DNA from: Candidatus Hodarchaeota archaeon
Lineage (GTDB): Archaea > Asgardarchaeota > Lokiarchaeia > Sigyniarchaeales > SOKP01
Direction: 5' to 3'
Assembly (NCBI GenBank): GCA_048887145.1
Contig: JBHLKA010000001.1
Coordinates: 212-64,211, forward strand
Length of the DNA: 64,000 nt
A program made the translations under genes and the position numbers. A model generated the notes under the pieces. That model saw nothing but the letters and a program-made list of their open reading frames with translations, was not told the DNA's origin and did no database searches. Every line of letters begins with the position of its first letter. Within the stretch, counting starts at the first letter, position 1. Below, piece by piece: positions 48,174-57,225 of the stretch.

Positions 48174-48925
48174 CTCGCCACGGTGGCATGAAAGTCCTAA
48201 AAAGATTAAATACTCCAAAATTTTTGCAAATTAGGAGGAAACATGGTAAATTCTTTGTAAAATCATCACCTGGCCCTCACCCAAATCGATTTTGTTTACC
48301 ATTACTGCATATTGTAAGAGACATACTTAAAATTGTCGATTTTCATAGGGAGGCAAAAAAATTGATCGGTTTAGGGGATTTTAAAGTTGATGGAAAAGTC
48401 ATAAAGGATAAATCATTTCCTGTAGGATTAATGGATGTATTAACTATTGAAAAGATGAATAAACATTATCGGATTCTTCCAGATTCTCATTACGGTTTAA
48501 TATTACATGAAATCTCAGAGGAAGAGAGTGAATACAAACTGTGTAGGATTAATCAAAAAACAACAATTAAGGGAGGTAATATTCAATTAAACTTACATGA
48601 TGGAAGAAATATAGTTATTCGGGTGAAAGACGCCCAAAATCCTAAAGAAGACATATATAAAAGAATGGATGTTTTAAAAATTACAGTCCCAGAACAAAAA
48701 ATTGAGAAAGTGCTAAGATTTAAAGAAGGAAATTTAGCTGTTATTATTTCTGGAAAAAATATTGGGCAAATTGGAAAAATTATTAATATTTTAAAACGAT
48801 TTGGCCCAAAAGCAAGTACAGTATCAATTCAGCATAATTCTGAACATACTGAAACTTTGTATGATTATACATTTATTATTGGAGAAGATAAATCTGAAAT
48901 TAGTTTACCTCAATTTGAAAGTTAA
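48170..48925 (+). CDS. rps4e: 30S ribosomal protein eS4
   Basis: Matches G.K.LKRL..P, PGPH and FPVGLMDV. 251 aa. It overlaps uL24 by 4 nt. Confidence 0.9.
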   Translation: MTRHGGMKVLKRLNTPKFLQIRRKHGKFFVKSSPGPHPNRFCLPLLHIVRDILKIVDFHREAKKLIGLGDFKVDGKVIKDKSFPVGLMDVLTIEKMNKHYRILPDSHYGLILHEISEEESEYKLCRINQKTTIKGGNIQLNLHDGRNIVIRVKDAQNPKEDIYKRMDVLKITVPEQKIEKVLRFKEGNLAVIISGKNIGQIGKIINILKRFGPKASTVSIQHNSEHTETLYDYTFIIGEDKSEISLPQFES

Positions 48926-48937
48926 TCAAAATAAGAA

Positions 48938-49543
48938 GTGAGATTTGAATTGTCAGTTAAAACTAAAACAAAAATCCCAAAAGCACAAACAGAAGAATTT
49001 GAAAATTTATGGAAAAATATTATGAAAAGACCTTTTCTTGAGAAGATTGTGTTAAATATTGGTGTTGGTGCTGGTGGTGAAGAATTAGAAAGGGCGGTAA
49101 CGGTCTTAGAAACGATTTCCGGCAGAAAACCTATAAAAACACTCTCAAAAAGAAATATAAAAGAATTTAATTTAAGAAAAGGACGCCCTATAGGGACTAT
49201 GGTTACTATAAGAGGTATTGAGGCAGAGAAATTATTGAAAAGACTATTAATTGTAAACAATAACAAAATTCTTCGTAGGAGTTTTGATAATTATGGTAAT
49301 TTTGGTTTTGGAATAACTGAGCATATTTCTATACCAGGTATTGAATATGATAATTTAATAGGTATATGGGGTTTAGATGTTGTTGGAAGAATTATTAGAC
49401 CTGGTATGAGGGTAAAATATCGAAGGAAGGCTCGAGCTAAAGTTCCAAAACATCACTATGTTTCTAGATTAGAAGCTCAATATTTTTTAGAAAAAAATTT
49501 TGGAGTGGATATTGTAGATCAATTGGATTTAGAATTTATGTGA
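48938..49543 (+). CDS. rpl5: 50S ribosomal protein uL5
   Basis: Matches IEKIVLNIGVG, FGFGI.EHI and operon position. GTG start per the track. Confidence 0.9.
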   Translation: MRFELSVKTKTKIPKAQTEEFENLWKNIMKRPFLEKIVLNIGVGAGGEELERAVTVLETISGRKPIKTLSKRNIKEFNLRKGRPIGTMVTIRGIEAEKLLKRLLIVNNNKILRRSFDNYGNFGFGITEHISIPGIEYDNLIGIWGLDVVGRIIRPGMRVKYRRKARAKVPKHHYVSRLEAQYFLEKNFGVDIVDQLDLEFM

Positions 49544-49579
49544 GTTAATAAAAGAAATTAATAAAAAAAGAGGATTCAG

Positions 49580-49726
49580 GTGCCACAAGGTAAAATTGGC
49601 AAGGGTCAAAGAAATTGTAGAAGATGTGGAACTCATAGAGGATTAATAAGAAGGTATGGTTTATATATTTGTAGACGATGTTTCTATGAAATAGGTAAAG
49701 ATATTGGTTTTCGACGGTATGATTAA
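49580..49726 (+). CDS. rps14: 30S ribosomal protein uS14 (zinc type, S29e-like)
   Basis: It is not in the ORF track (48 aa). My own translation from GTG 49580 gives VPQGKIGKGQRNCRRCGTHRGLIRRYGLYICRRCFYEIGKDIGFRRYD. It has the CxxC...CxxC zinc ribbon and the expected position between uL5 and uS8. Confidence 0.85.
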   Translation: MPQGKIGKGQRNCRRCGTHRGLIRRYGLYICRRCFYEIGKDIGFRRYD

Positions 49727-49750
49727 AAAAATTGAAAAAATTAAAAAAAG

Positions 49751-50143
49751 GTGAAAAAATTGGTAAATACAATCGCAGATGCGATGAATATGATGCGTAA
49801 TGCAGAAAGAGCAAGAAAGAAAGAAGTAATTATAAGTCCCGCATCTCAATTAATCCAAAAAGTTCTATTAATTCTGCAAAAGCATGCTTATATTGGGGAA
49901 TTCGAAAGATATGATGATGGACGCCAAGGAAAGTTTAGAGTTGCTCTATTAGGGAGAATAAATGAGGCAAAGGGACTATTAAGACTGAATTATAAGGTCT
50001 CCCAGTTTGAAATGATCGAGAGAAAACTATTACCAGCACCAGGTTTAGGATTAATAATTATGACCACTAATCAAGGTATAATGACAATGAAAGAAGCGGA
50101 AGAAAAAAATATAGGTGGCATTTCATTATGTTATGTCTATTGA
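49751..50143 (+). CDS. rps8: 30S ribosomal protein uS8
   Basis: Matches IADAMNMMRNAE and ILQKHAYIGEFE. Operon position fits. GTG start. Confidence 0.9.
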   Translation: MKKLVNTIADAMNMMRNAERARKKEVIISPASQLIQKVLLILQKHAYIGEFERYDDGRQGKFRVALLGRINEAKGLLRLNYKVSQFEMIERKLLPAPGLGLIIMTTNQGIMTMKEAEEKNIGGISLCYVY

Positions 50144-50165
50144 AAATGAATAAAGGTAATTAAAA

Positions 50166-50744
50166 ATGGTAAAAACAGCATTTTTTAAACAAGAATTGGA
50201 GATTCCCAAAGGTGTAAAGGTTAGTTTAGGTGGAGGACACCAAATTACTGTAAATGGACCAAATGGAGAAATAACAAAAGATTTTTCACATATAAGAGGA
50301 GTTAAAGTTTCTATTGAAGGAAATACTGTTATATTTTCATGTTACTTCCCTAAAGGTGGTACTCTTGCGTTAACCAACACAATATTTAACCTTATTAAAA
50401 ATCTAATTATTGGTGTTCAGAAAAATTATAAATATTACTGTAAAATTGCTTACTCTCACTTTCCTTTTACTGCAGAGGTGAACACAGACAAAAAAGAAAT
50501 ACATATCATCAACTTTTTAGGAGAAAGAGCTCCAAGAATATCAAAATTTTTAGATAATGTAGAAGTAAAGGTTGAGGGGGAAGATATTATCCTAATTGGC
50601 CCTGATAAAGAAAAATTAGGACAAACTGCTGCAAATCTTAAAAAATGCTGCAGAATTAAAAAGAAAGATCCTCGGGTATTTCAAGATGGTATTTATCTTT
50701 TTAAAAAACAAGTTGGAGATGATATTCTCTGGCAAATTAAATAA
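50166..50744 (+). CDS. rpl6: 50S ribosomal protein uL6
   Basis: 192 aa. Operon position fits, with two-domain L6 features (AYSHFP, DPRVFQDGIY). Confidence 0.9.
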   Translation: MVKTAFFKQELEIPKGVKVSLGGGHQITVNGPNGEITKDFSHIRGVKVSIEGNTVIFSCYFPKGGTLALTNTIFNLIKNLIIGVQKNYKYYCKIAYSHFPFTAEVNTDKKEIHIINFLGERAPRISKFLDNVEVKVEGEDIILIGPDKEKLGQTAANLKKCCRIKKKDPRVFQDGIYLFKKQVGDDILWQIK

Positions 50745-50759
50745 TATGGAGAAATAATA

Positions 50760-51227
50760 ATGCAACAAAAGAAATTATTACAATTCAGGCAAAATTTAAA
50801 GAAAAAGAAACCCTCATTCAAACGAGTAGAGTCATGGAGATATAAAAGAGTAAAAGATTCATGGAGAAAAGCTAGAGGTATTGATTCAAAAACAAGAAAA
50901 AAGAAAAAAAGTGGTGTTAAATCTCCCACAATAGGTTATAGAAGCCCTAAAAAAATAAGGGGATTACATCCATCAGGATATGAAGAAGTAAGAATTTTTA
51001 CATTCAATGATTTTAAAGGATTAAGTAATAAGAAACATGCTATTAAAATTTCAGGTAGAGTAGGTGCTAAAAAAAGAATTAAACTAGTTGATTATGCCCA
51101 AAATAGGGGATTTAAAGTTCTTAATTTAGGAATATCACAAAAAGAGTTAGAAAGTTTAGAATCAATGTTAGAAGAAGAGGAATACCTCGATTTAGAAGAT
51201 CTAGAAGAATCATTAGATGAGGAATAA
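50760..51227 (+). CDS. rpl32e: 50S ribosomal protein eL32 with an acidic C-terminal tail
   Basis: Matches SWRKARGIDSK..KK and GYRSPK..RGLHPSG. Operon position fits. Confidence 0.9.
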   Translation: MQQKKLLQFRQNLKKKKPSFKRVESWRYKRVKDSWRKARGIDSKTRKKKKSGVKSPTIGYRSPKKIRGLHPSGYEEVRIFTFNDFKGLSNKKHAIKISGRVGAKKRIKLVDYAQNRGFKVLNLGISQKELESLESMLEEEEYLDLEDLEESLDEE

Positions 51228-51248
51228 ATATAATATCGGTGAGAAATT

Positions 51249-51704
51249 ATGAGTCTAAAACCCCAAAAAAGAATGGCAGCAGAAATATTAAAATGTGGTG
51301 AAAACCGGGTTTATTTTGATCCTTACTTAATTGATGAGATTCAATTAGCTATAACTAGAGAAGATATAAGGAGTTTAATTAAAGAAGGAATAATAAGAAA
51401 AAAATATAATAAAGGAATTTCAAAATATAGGAAAAACTTACATCATCAGAAGAAGAGAAAAGGAAGGGCTAGGGGTTTAGGAAAGAGAAAGGGGACAAAA
51501 TATGCTAGAAGTCCAAAGAAAAAAGCTTGGATGAAGAGGATTCGCCCTCAAAGAAGAGAATTAAAAAAGTTAAGAGACCGAAAATTAATAACTGCTGCTA
51601 TTTATCGAAAGTTATATAAAAATGCTAAAGGTGGTATGTTTAACAGCGTTGCCCAAATGAATCGGTACATTAGAGAGAAGGAATTATTAAGAAGAGGAAG
51701 GTAA
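51249..51704 (+). CDS. rpl19e: 50S ribosomal protein eL19
   Basis: LKPQKRMAAEILKCGENRVYFDP and the basic C-terminal helix match. Operon position fits. Confidence 0.9.
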   Translation: MSLKPQKRMAAEILKCGENRVYFDPYLIDEIQLAITREDIRSLIKEGIIRKKYNKGISKYRKNLHHQKKRKGRARGLGKRKGTKYARSPKKKAWMKRIRPQRRELKKLRDRKLITAAIYRKLYKNAKGGMFNSVAQMNRYIREKELLRRGR

Positions 51705-51706
51705 TA

Positions 51707-52300
51707 ATGACTAAAGGACCAAAGTATAGAAGAGCTTTTAGAAGAAGAGAAAATGGCAAAACGGATTATCATAGGAGATTAAAATTACTTAAATCAAAAA
51801 AATTAAGAATTGTTGTAAGAGCATCAAATAATCATATAATAGTTCAACTCATTCAATCTAAAATTGGAGGAGATAAAGTTTTATCATCTGCATTTTCTAA
51901 AGAACTAAAAGATAAATTTAGCTGGAAAGCAAGTACAGGAAATATTCCTGCTGCGTATTTAACAGGATATCTTGCAGGCTTAAGAACTAAGAAAAAAGAT
52001 ATTTCAGAAGCAATTCTTGATTTAGGAATATTACTTCATCGTAATAGACTACTTGCGGCATCTAGGGGGATAATTGATGCTGGTTTAGAAGTTCCATATG
52101 ATGAAAAATTCTTTCCAGAGAACTTGGAAGAAAGAATCAAGGGTGAACATATCGAGAAGTATGCTAATACTTTAAAAAATGAAAATTCTGAAAAATATGA
52201 GAAAATATTTTCAGGTTATTTAAATAAAGTAAAAATTAATCCAACAAATTTTAATCAAATGTTTTCTTCCACGTTGAAAGCAATTGAGAATGGTGTTTAA
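51707..52300 (+). CDS. rpl18: 50S ribosomal protein uL18 (L5e-like)
   Basis: Matches RRRE.KTDY..R and N.HIIVQLI. Operon position fits. Confidence 0.9.
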   Translation: MTKGPKYRRAFRRRENGKTDYHRRLKLLKSKKLRIVVRASNNHIIVQLIQSKIGGDKVLSSAFSKELKDKFSWKASTGNIPAAYLTGYLAGLRTKKKDISEAILDLGILLHRNRLLAASRGIIDAGLEVPYDEKFFPENLEERIKGEHIEKYANTLKNENSEKYEKIFSGYLNKVKINPTNFNQMFSSTLKAIENGV

Positions 52301-52314
52301 ATGAGTGAGTTAAT

Positions 52315-52929
52315 ATGAGTCGATTAAGAAATATTGAAGAAACATGGGTTCCAAGGACACGCCTTGGTGAGCTTGTTAAACAGGGATTGATAACTCTAGA
52401 TAAGATATTTGCAAATAATCTTGTTGTTAAAGAGAAAGAAATAATAGATGTTCTTCTCCCGCAACTACGTGAAGATGTTGTAAAAATAGCTATGGTTCAA
52501 CAAATGAGCGCTAGTGGTCAGCGATCTAAATTCAAGGCAGTGGTGCTTGTGGGCGCTGAAGGATTTATAGGAGTAGGGGCAGCTAAGAGTCGTGAAGTAG
52601 GTCCTGCAATAAGGAAAGCAATTAGTAAAGCTAAATTATCTGTTATTCCTATTCTTCGAGGATGTGGTAGTAAGGAATGTGGGTGCGGAGGGACTCATAG
52701 CATTCCTTTTAAAATAAATGGTAAATGTGGGTCGGTTAAAATTCAACTCATTCCCGCCCCAGCAGGAGTAGGATTAGCATGTGCAGATAAGGTAAAACAA
52801 TTATTACGATTAGCTGGTATTGAAGACATATGGAGTAAAACCTTTGGTGATACTAGGACAAGTGAAAATTTAGTTAAAGCTACATTTAATGCCCTAAAAA
52901 ATGCTCATAAATATAGTTTCAATTTATAA
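52315..52929 (+). CDS. rps5: 30S ribosomal protein uS5
   Basis: Matches W.PRT.LG.LV, GQRSKFKAVVLVG...G.IGVG.AKS.EV..AI.KA. Operon position fits. Confidence 0.9.
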   Translation: MSRLRNIEETWVPRTRLGELVKQGLITLDKIFANNLVVKEKEIIDVLLPQLREDVVKIAMVQQMSASGQRSKFKAVVLVGAEGFIGVGAAKSREVGPAIRKAISKAKLSVIPILRGCGSKECGCGGTHSIPFKINGKCGSVKIQLIPAPAGVGLACADKVKQLLRLAGIEDIWSKTFGDTRTSENLVKATFNALKNAHKYSFNL

Positions 52930-52936
52930 ATAATAA

Positions 52937-53482
52937 GTGGTTAATATGATGGCTAAGAATGAATCAATTATAAAAAAGAAACCTAAAATTAAAGAATCGC
53001 GTCCTCCAGTATTATATTTTGCAATTAGAGTAAGAGGCGCTCCTGGAATGAGAAGAACTATTCTTAATACTCTACAGATGCTAAGAATGCATAAGGTAAA
53101 TCATGGAGTTCTTATTTGGGGAGAAAAAAGTTATATGGGAATGCTCAATAAATGTAAAGATTACATCTCTTATGGGGAAATTGATGAGAAAACGCTAATC
53201 AGACTTTTAAGAGTTAGAGGGAGAGTAGAAGGAAATAAACCACTTACAGATGAACATATTGAGAATTTAACCAAATATAAAAGCGTCAAAGAAATTGCTA
53301 AAGCTTTATTGAAGGGTGAAATACAATATAAAACTAAAAATATCAAAAAAATTAAACCTGTATTTCGATTGCATCCTCCCCGAAAAGGTTATCGAGGCTC
53401 TATAAAAAAACATTATGGAGAAGGGGGTACTTTAGGATATGTTCGAAATTATATAAATGAATTAATACGTAAGATGATTTAA
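52937..53482 (+). CDS. rpl30: 50S ribosomal protein uL30 (L7e-like)
   Basis: Matches AIRVRGAPGMRRTILNTLQMLRMHKVNHGVL. The track start is GTG at 52937. ATG at 52946 is an alternative. Confidence 0.85.
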   Translation: MVNMMAKNESIIKKKPKIKESRPPVLYFAIRVRGAPGMRRTILNTLQMLRMHKVNHGVLIWGEKSYMGMLNKCKDYISYGEIDEKTLIRLLRVRGRVEGNKPLTDEHIENLTKYKSVKEIAKALLKGEIQYKTKNIKKIKPVFRLHPPRKGYRGSIKKHYGEGGTLGYVRNYINELIRKMI

Positions 53483-53502
53483 AGATTAAAGGTGTAATAA
53501 CT

Positions 53503-53982
53503 ATGAGAAAATTTCCAAGAAAAATAAGAAAAATGAGAGGAACTCGAACATGCGGCTATGGTAGAGTAGGACAACATCGTAAAACAGGACAAAGAGCAGG
53601 TCGTGGAAAAACTACTCAGTGGAAAAAAAGCAAAAAAACTTACTATCTTAAGCAAAAAGAACTAGGTTTTCCTGACCCTGATTGGAATATGGGTAAAAAA
53701 GGTTTCAAAAGACCCCAAGATATAACTCGCATTTATAAAACTAATACTCTAAATATCAAAGATTTAGATCTAAAAATTGATAAATTAGTACTAGAAAATA
53801 TCGCAACTAAAACCGGAAATACCTATATCATTAATTTAAATGACATTAATGTTCAAAAAATATTAGGTCGCGGAGAAATTAATAAAAAGATTAATATTTC
53901 TGTCAATAAAGCCTCAAAACAAGCTATTGAAAAAATTGAAGCTGCAGGGGGGAAAGTCATCCTAATTACAAAAGTTGAATAA
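53503..53982 (+). CDS. rpl15: 50S ribosomal protein uL15
   Basis: Matches RKMRGTRTCGYGRVGQHRK.G.RAGRG and C-terminal KIEAAGGKV. It is the last gene of the operon here. Confidence 0.9.
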   Translation: MRKFPRKIRKMRGTRTCGYGRVGQHRKTGQRAGRGKTTQWKKSKKTYYLKQKELGFPDPDWNMGKKGFKRPQDITRIYKTNTLNIKDLDLKIDKLVLENIATKTGNTYIINLNDINVQKILGRGEINKKINISVNKASKQAIEKIEAAGGKVILITKVE

Positions 53983-54044
53983 CTAAAAATAACAGTCTCA
54001 ACTTTACCTAAATTTGATCTAAACTTAACCATCTTTGCTATTTA

Positions 54045-54716
54045 TTATTGAAGTATTTTATGAATTAATAGTATTAATCCAGGTAATAAAAAAATAAATC
54101 CTAGAGTATTTCCAATGATATGGGTAATTAATAAAGGTATGCCAGATAAAAAATATGATGAAAATCCTCCTAAGTTACCACTTAAAAAAAATAAAAAAGC
54201 ATCAATTAAGTAAGAAAAAAATTGAAAATTGAAAGTAATTAATGCCCCTATCAATCCAAATCGTATTATCACTGGAAATACATACAAATCCTCACCCAAT
54301 TTAAAAAAATCCTTCTTTTTAAGATAGTCAGAAGATAATCCTCCTAAAAAACCAGTCAATGAATAATGATATAACTGAAAAGCAAAAAAGAGTATTGATG
54401 GAGGCGGTCCGACTGGATTAAAGAAATAATAAATAAATGAACTAAAAAAACCAACAATTAATCCATCTCTTTTACCTAAAATAAATCCTCCCAGGAAAAT
54501 CATTAAAGTGAATAATTCAATATTTGGAACATATGCTAATGCATATCCTAAAACTACTGCTAATGCTGAAAAAGTACTAACCAAAACAAGTCGAAAAGTT
54601 TTCTTTTCCAACCAAATCGAGCCATTGTAGTTTTCTGTCTTATCTATTTTGATAATTTCTTCATACTCTGAAGATTTTTCAGCATCAGTTCCATCAAGTT
54701 TAATTTTAGTTTCCAT
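54045..54716 (-). CDS. Polytopic membrane protein, possibly an ECF-transporter S-component-like substrate-capture protein
   Basis: 223 aa with about 6 TM and G-rich helices (LMIFLGGFILGKRDGLIVGFFSSFIYYFFNP) reminiscent of ECF S components. The call is weak. Confidence 0.3.
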   Translation of the reverse strand: METKIKLDGTDAEKSSEYEEIIKIDKTENYNGSIWLEKKTFRLVLVSTFSALAVVLGYALAYVPNIELFTLMIFLGGFILGKRDGLIVGFFSSFIYYFFNPVGPPPSILFFAFQLYHYSLTGFLGGLSSDYLKKKDFFKLGEDLYVFPVIIRFGLIGALITFNFQFFSYLIDAFLFFLSGNLGGFSSYFLSGIPLLITHIIGNTLGFIFLLPGLILLIHKILQ

Positions 54717-54874
54717 AATTCTTGCATTAGTCGGTAAGATATCCTAATTTAAAAATATTATCATATTATAAAAATTTATTGTAAAAAGTTAAATACTATC
54801 GAACTTTCTTAAAAAATAATAAAAATATGTAGGGCAAGTTTCCTACTCTACTTTGAGAGGGGTCAATATAAAAT

Positions 54875-56263
54875 ATGAAAAATAAAAAAATCTTAACCGT
54901 TCTAATAACATTTTTTATGATTTTTCAAGGGTTACTAATTTTTTCTATTCAGAACGTAAAAGGAACTGAAGTAATACCACCGCAATATTCTGAAGAATTA
55001 GACTTAAGTGGTGAATATTTATATAATATTTTAGATTTTGGCGAAAACTCGAATTGGATTAATTTTTCAGATGATTCTGAAGGGAAATGGGCAACTAATA
55101 TTAGCGATGAGATAAGAATTAATATTACCGGTTTTTATAAACGAGATCCTTATGATCTAGTTGGAGATACATTTTCTGATACAGATATGCCATGGTTTGA
55201 TATTAAAATATTTAAAAATAAAAATCTAAATTTTACACTTTTAAATGTTTCTAATAGTGAACTAGCGAGAAATCTAAAATTAGGATTTTCCCGATTTCAA
55301 TCTGGGTTTTTAATACCAAATAACCAGACTGAATGGATAAAAGCTAATGCAACTTTAGAAGCTAATGGAGCATCAGGTTTAACAGCAGACCTTACAATGG
55401 AAGAAACAATTAATTTCTTATATTTTAGGTTTGATCAATTTGGTGAAACTCAAAATCAAATAACAGAATTAATTTATGACAAAAAAACGGGATTATTAAT
55501 AAGAGCTAATACCACTTTAGGAAACTACAAACTTGCTTTATCATTAGCGAATTTTACTTTAGACATTGAAACTGAATATAAGTATAATGTTAATACTTTT
55601 GAACCTTTAGGGTGGGCAATTTGGACGGATTTATGGGGAACCTATAAAGATATTTATGCTACTGGATCAGAAAGAGGATGGATATTAGTAAATTTTACAG
55701 GATTTTATCATCGAGATCCTTTATTGTGGGATCCAGATCCTTTTAAGTATGCAGATGGAAGACCATGGCTAGATATTAAAGTAGTGTACGAGGGTGATGT
55801 TAGGACAGATATCACAATGCAAATGAATAATGTTTCAGATTCAGAATGTGCCAATAATTTGTTGATCTCTTTTCCTGGATTTTTATCAGGGTTTCTATTA
55901 CCTATAGTAAATAATGAGACTTATGATATTGAGGCAGAAGTTATAGCAGCTTCAGGGTTTACAGAAGATCGAGAATTTATATATGAGGAGACTGATTTAA
56001 CAATTGATATGTATTTCAAATGCGGAGGGTCTTTTCCGCAAGAGACAAGACTAATTTATGAAAAAATAACCGGTCTATTATTATATGTAGATACGACGGG
56101 ACAAAATTACCACCTTGAAATGAATATAGAAAATTATGAACTAGTTCAAAACGGTGTTGATACACCTTCAGAAATACCTTCATTCTCTATGATTGTTATA
56201 GTGAGTGTAGTTTTAATGACAATCTTAATAATCATCAAAATCAATAAAAAAAAGATGAAATAA
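54875..56263 (+). CDS. Secreted, C-terminally anchored surface protein with an internal domain duplication and many N-glycosylation sequons
   Basis: It has an N-terminal signal/TM and a C-terminal TM followed by KKKMK. Two homologous halves are present: NITGFYKRDPYD...PWFDIKIF...NVSNSELARNLKLGFSRFQSGFLIP versus NFTGFYHRDPLL...PWLDIKVV...NVSDSECANNLLISFPGFLSGFLLP. There are at least 12 N-x-S/T sites. Confidence 0.6.
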   Translation: MKNKKILTVLITFFMIFQGLLIFSIQNVKGTEVIPPQYSEELDLSGEYLYNILDFGENSNWINFSDDSEGKWATNISDEIRINITGFYKRDPYDLVGDTFSDTDMPWFDIKIFKNKNLNFTLLNVSNSELARNLKLGFSRFQSGFLIPNNQTEWIKANATLEANGASGLTADLTMEETINFLYFRFDQFGETQNQITELIYDKKTGLLIRANTTLGNYKLALSLANFTLDIETEYKYNVNTFEPLGWAIWTDLWGTYKDIYATGSERGWILVNFTGFYHRDPLLWDPDPFKYADGRPWLDIKVVYEGDVRTDITMQMNNVSDSECANNLLISFPGFLSGFLLPIVNNETYDIEAEVIAASGFTEDREFIYEETDLTIDMYFKCGGSFPQETRLIYEKITGLLLYVDTTGQNYHLEMNIENYELVQNGVDTPSEIPSFSMIVIVSVVLMTILIIIKINKKKMK

Positions 56264-56309
56264 TTGAAATCTTATAAAAGAATTACTATTTTATTTTATG
56301 GTAATATAA

Positions 56310-56735
56310 ATGAAAAAAAACCTTAAATTTGCAATCATTACTTTAATTGGAATTTCAAGTTTTACAGTTTTAATCTTATATAGCTTTGGTTTCTTCCCAA
56401 TTTTAAATCAAAATCGAAGTGGATATAATACTGGCAGAGATACAGCTTTACCGGAAGTTTTTAATATTAGTTTAACAGTAGAATATGTTACTCAACCTAC
56501 TCAGACATGGGAAAATATTTCCTTATATAATTACGATACAACTGTATTAGATGCACTGCAAGAAAAATGCAGCGTAGAATTATCCTACTTTAGTAATGGG
56601 GCTTTAGTTATAGGTATTAATGGTGTTAATGGAGATTGGATTTATTATGTTAATGATATGTTTGCTGGAGTTGGAGCAGCAGACTATTATTTGAATCATG
56701 GGGATAAAATTTACTGGAAACACGTAAATATATAA
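56310..56735 (+). CDS. DUF4430 (transcobalamin-beta-domain-like) secreted protein
   Basis: It has an N-terminal TM. Matches TVLDALQEKC.VE, G.LV..INGV....GDW.YYVN and AADYYLNHGDKIYW, the DUF4430 pattern as I remember it. Confidence 0.6.
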   Translation: MKKNLKFAIITLIGISSFTVLILYSFGFFPILNQNRSGYNTGRDTALPEVFNISLTVEYVTQPTQTWENISLYNYDTTVLDALQEKCSVELSYFSNGALVIGINGVNGDWIYYVNDMFAGVGAADYYLNHGDKIYWKHVNI

Positions 56736-56763
56736 TAAGATTTAAAAATTATTTTCTACAAAA

Positions 56764-57198
56764 TTAAGTTTTTCGGTATTTAGTTTCAATTTTCTTTAAT
56801 ATTGGTTCCATTTCCTTAAAAGATTTACGAATTTTATGGAAGTAATACCCTAATTTATAACCTTTTTTACAATTAGTAAAAAGCATGAAATTATTTTCAG
56901 CATCACCAACAATAATAATTGTGTATCCTTTTATGCCTCTAATCACGATTTCTCTTAATTCGCCTTGACCAAGTCCGCTACTTATCTTTTCCCCTAAGGA
57001 AATTAAAGTTGCAGGACTTGCGCTATATACATCAGCAACAATATCAGCAGTTTCAGAACTAGCAATTCTCAATCCTGTTTTTGATACTAAAGCAGTTCCC
57101 TCAAGGTCTGTGGAACTCTCTAATTGTTCTAAATTACGCATTAATTCATCTAGAATTTCTTGATCGATATCAATTTCAGTACTATGTATTCTTTCCAT
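56764..57198 (-). CDS. Roadblock/LC7 domain protein, immediately downstream of selB
   Basis: LEGTALVSKTGLRIAS......DVYSASPATLISLGEKIS..LGQGELREIVIRGIKGYTIIIVGD is the Robl signature, followed by a basic C-terminal tail. It lies 27 nt after the selB stop, with a GAGGT motif 7 nt before its ATG. Confidence 0.8.
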   Translation of the reverse strand: MERIHSTEIDIDQEILDELMRNLEQLESSTDLEGTALVSKTGLRIASSETADIVADVYSASPATLISLGEKISSGLGQGELREIVIRGIKGYTIIIVGDAENNFMLFTNCKKGYKLGYYFHKIRKSFKEMEPILKKIETKYRKT

Positions 57199-57225
57199 TA
57201 TTACTACCTCAATTAATTATATAAA

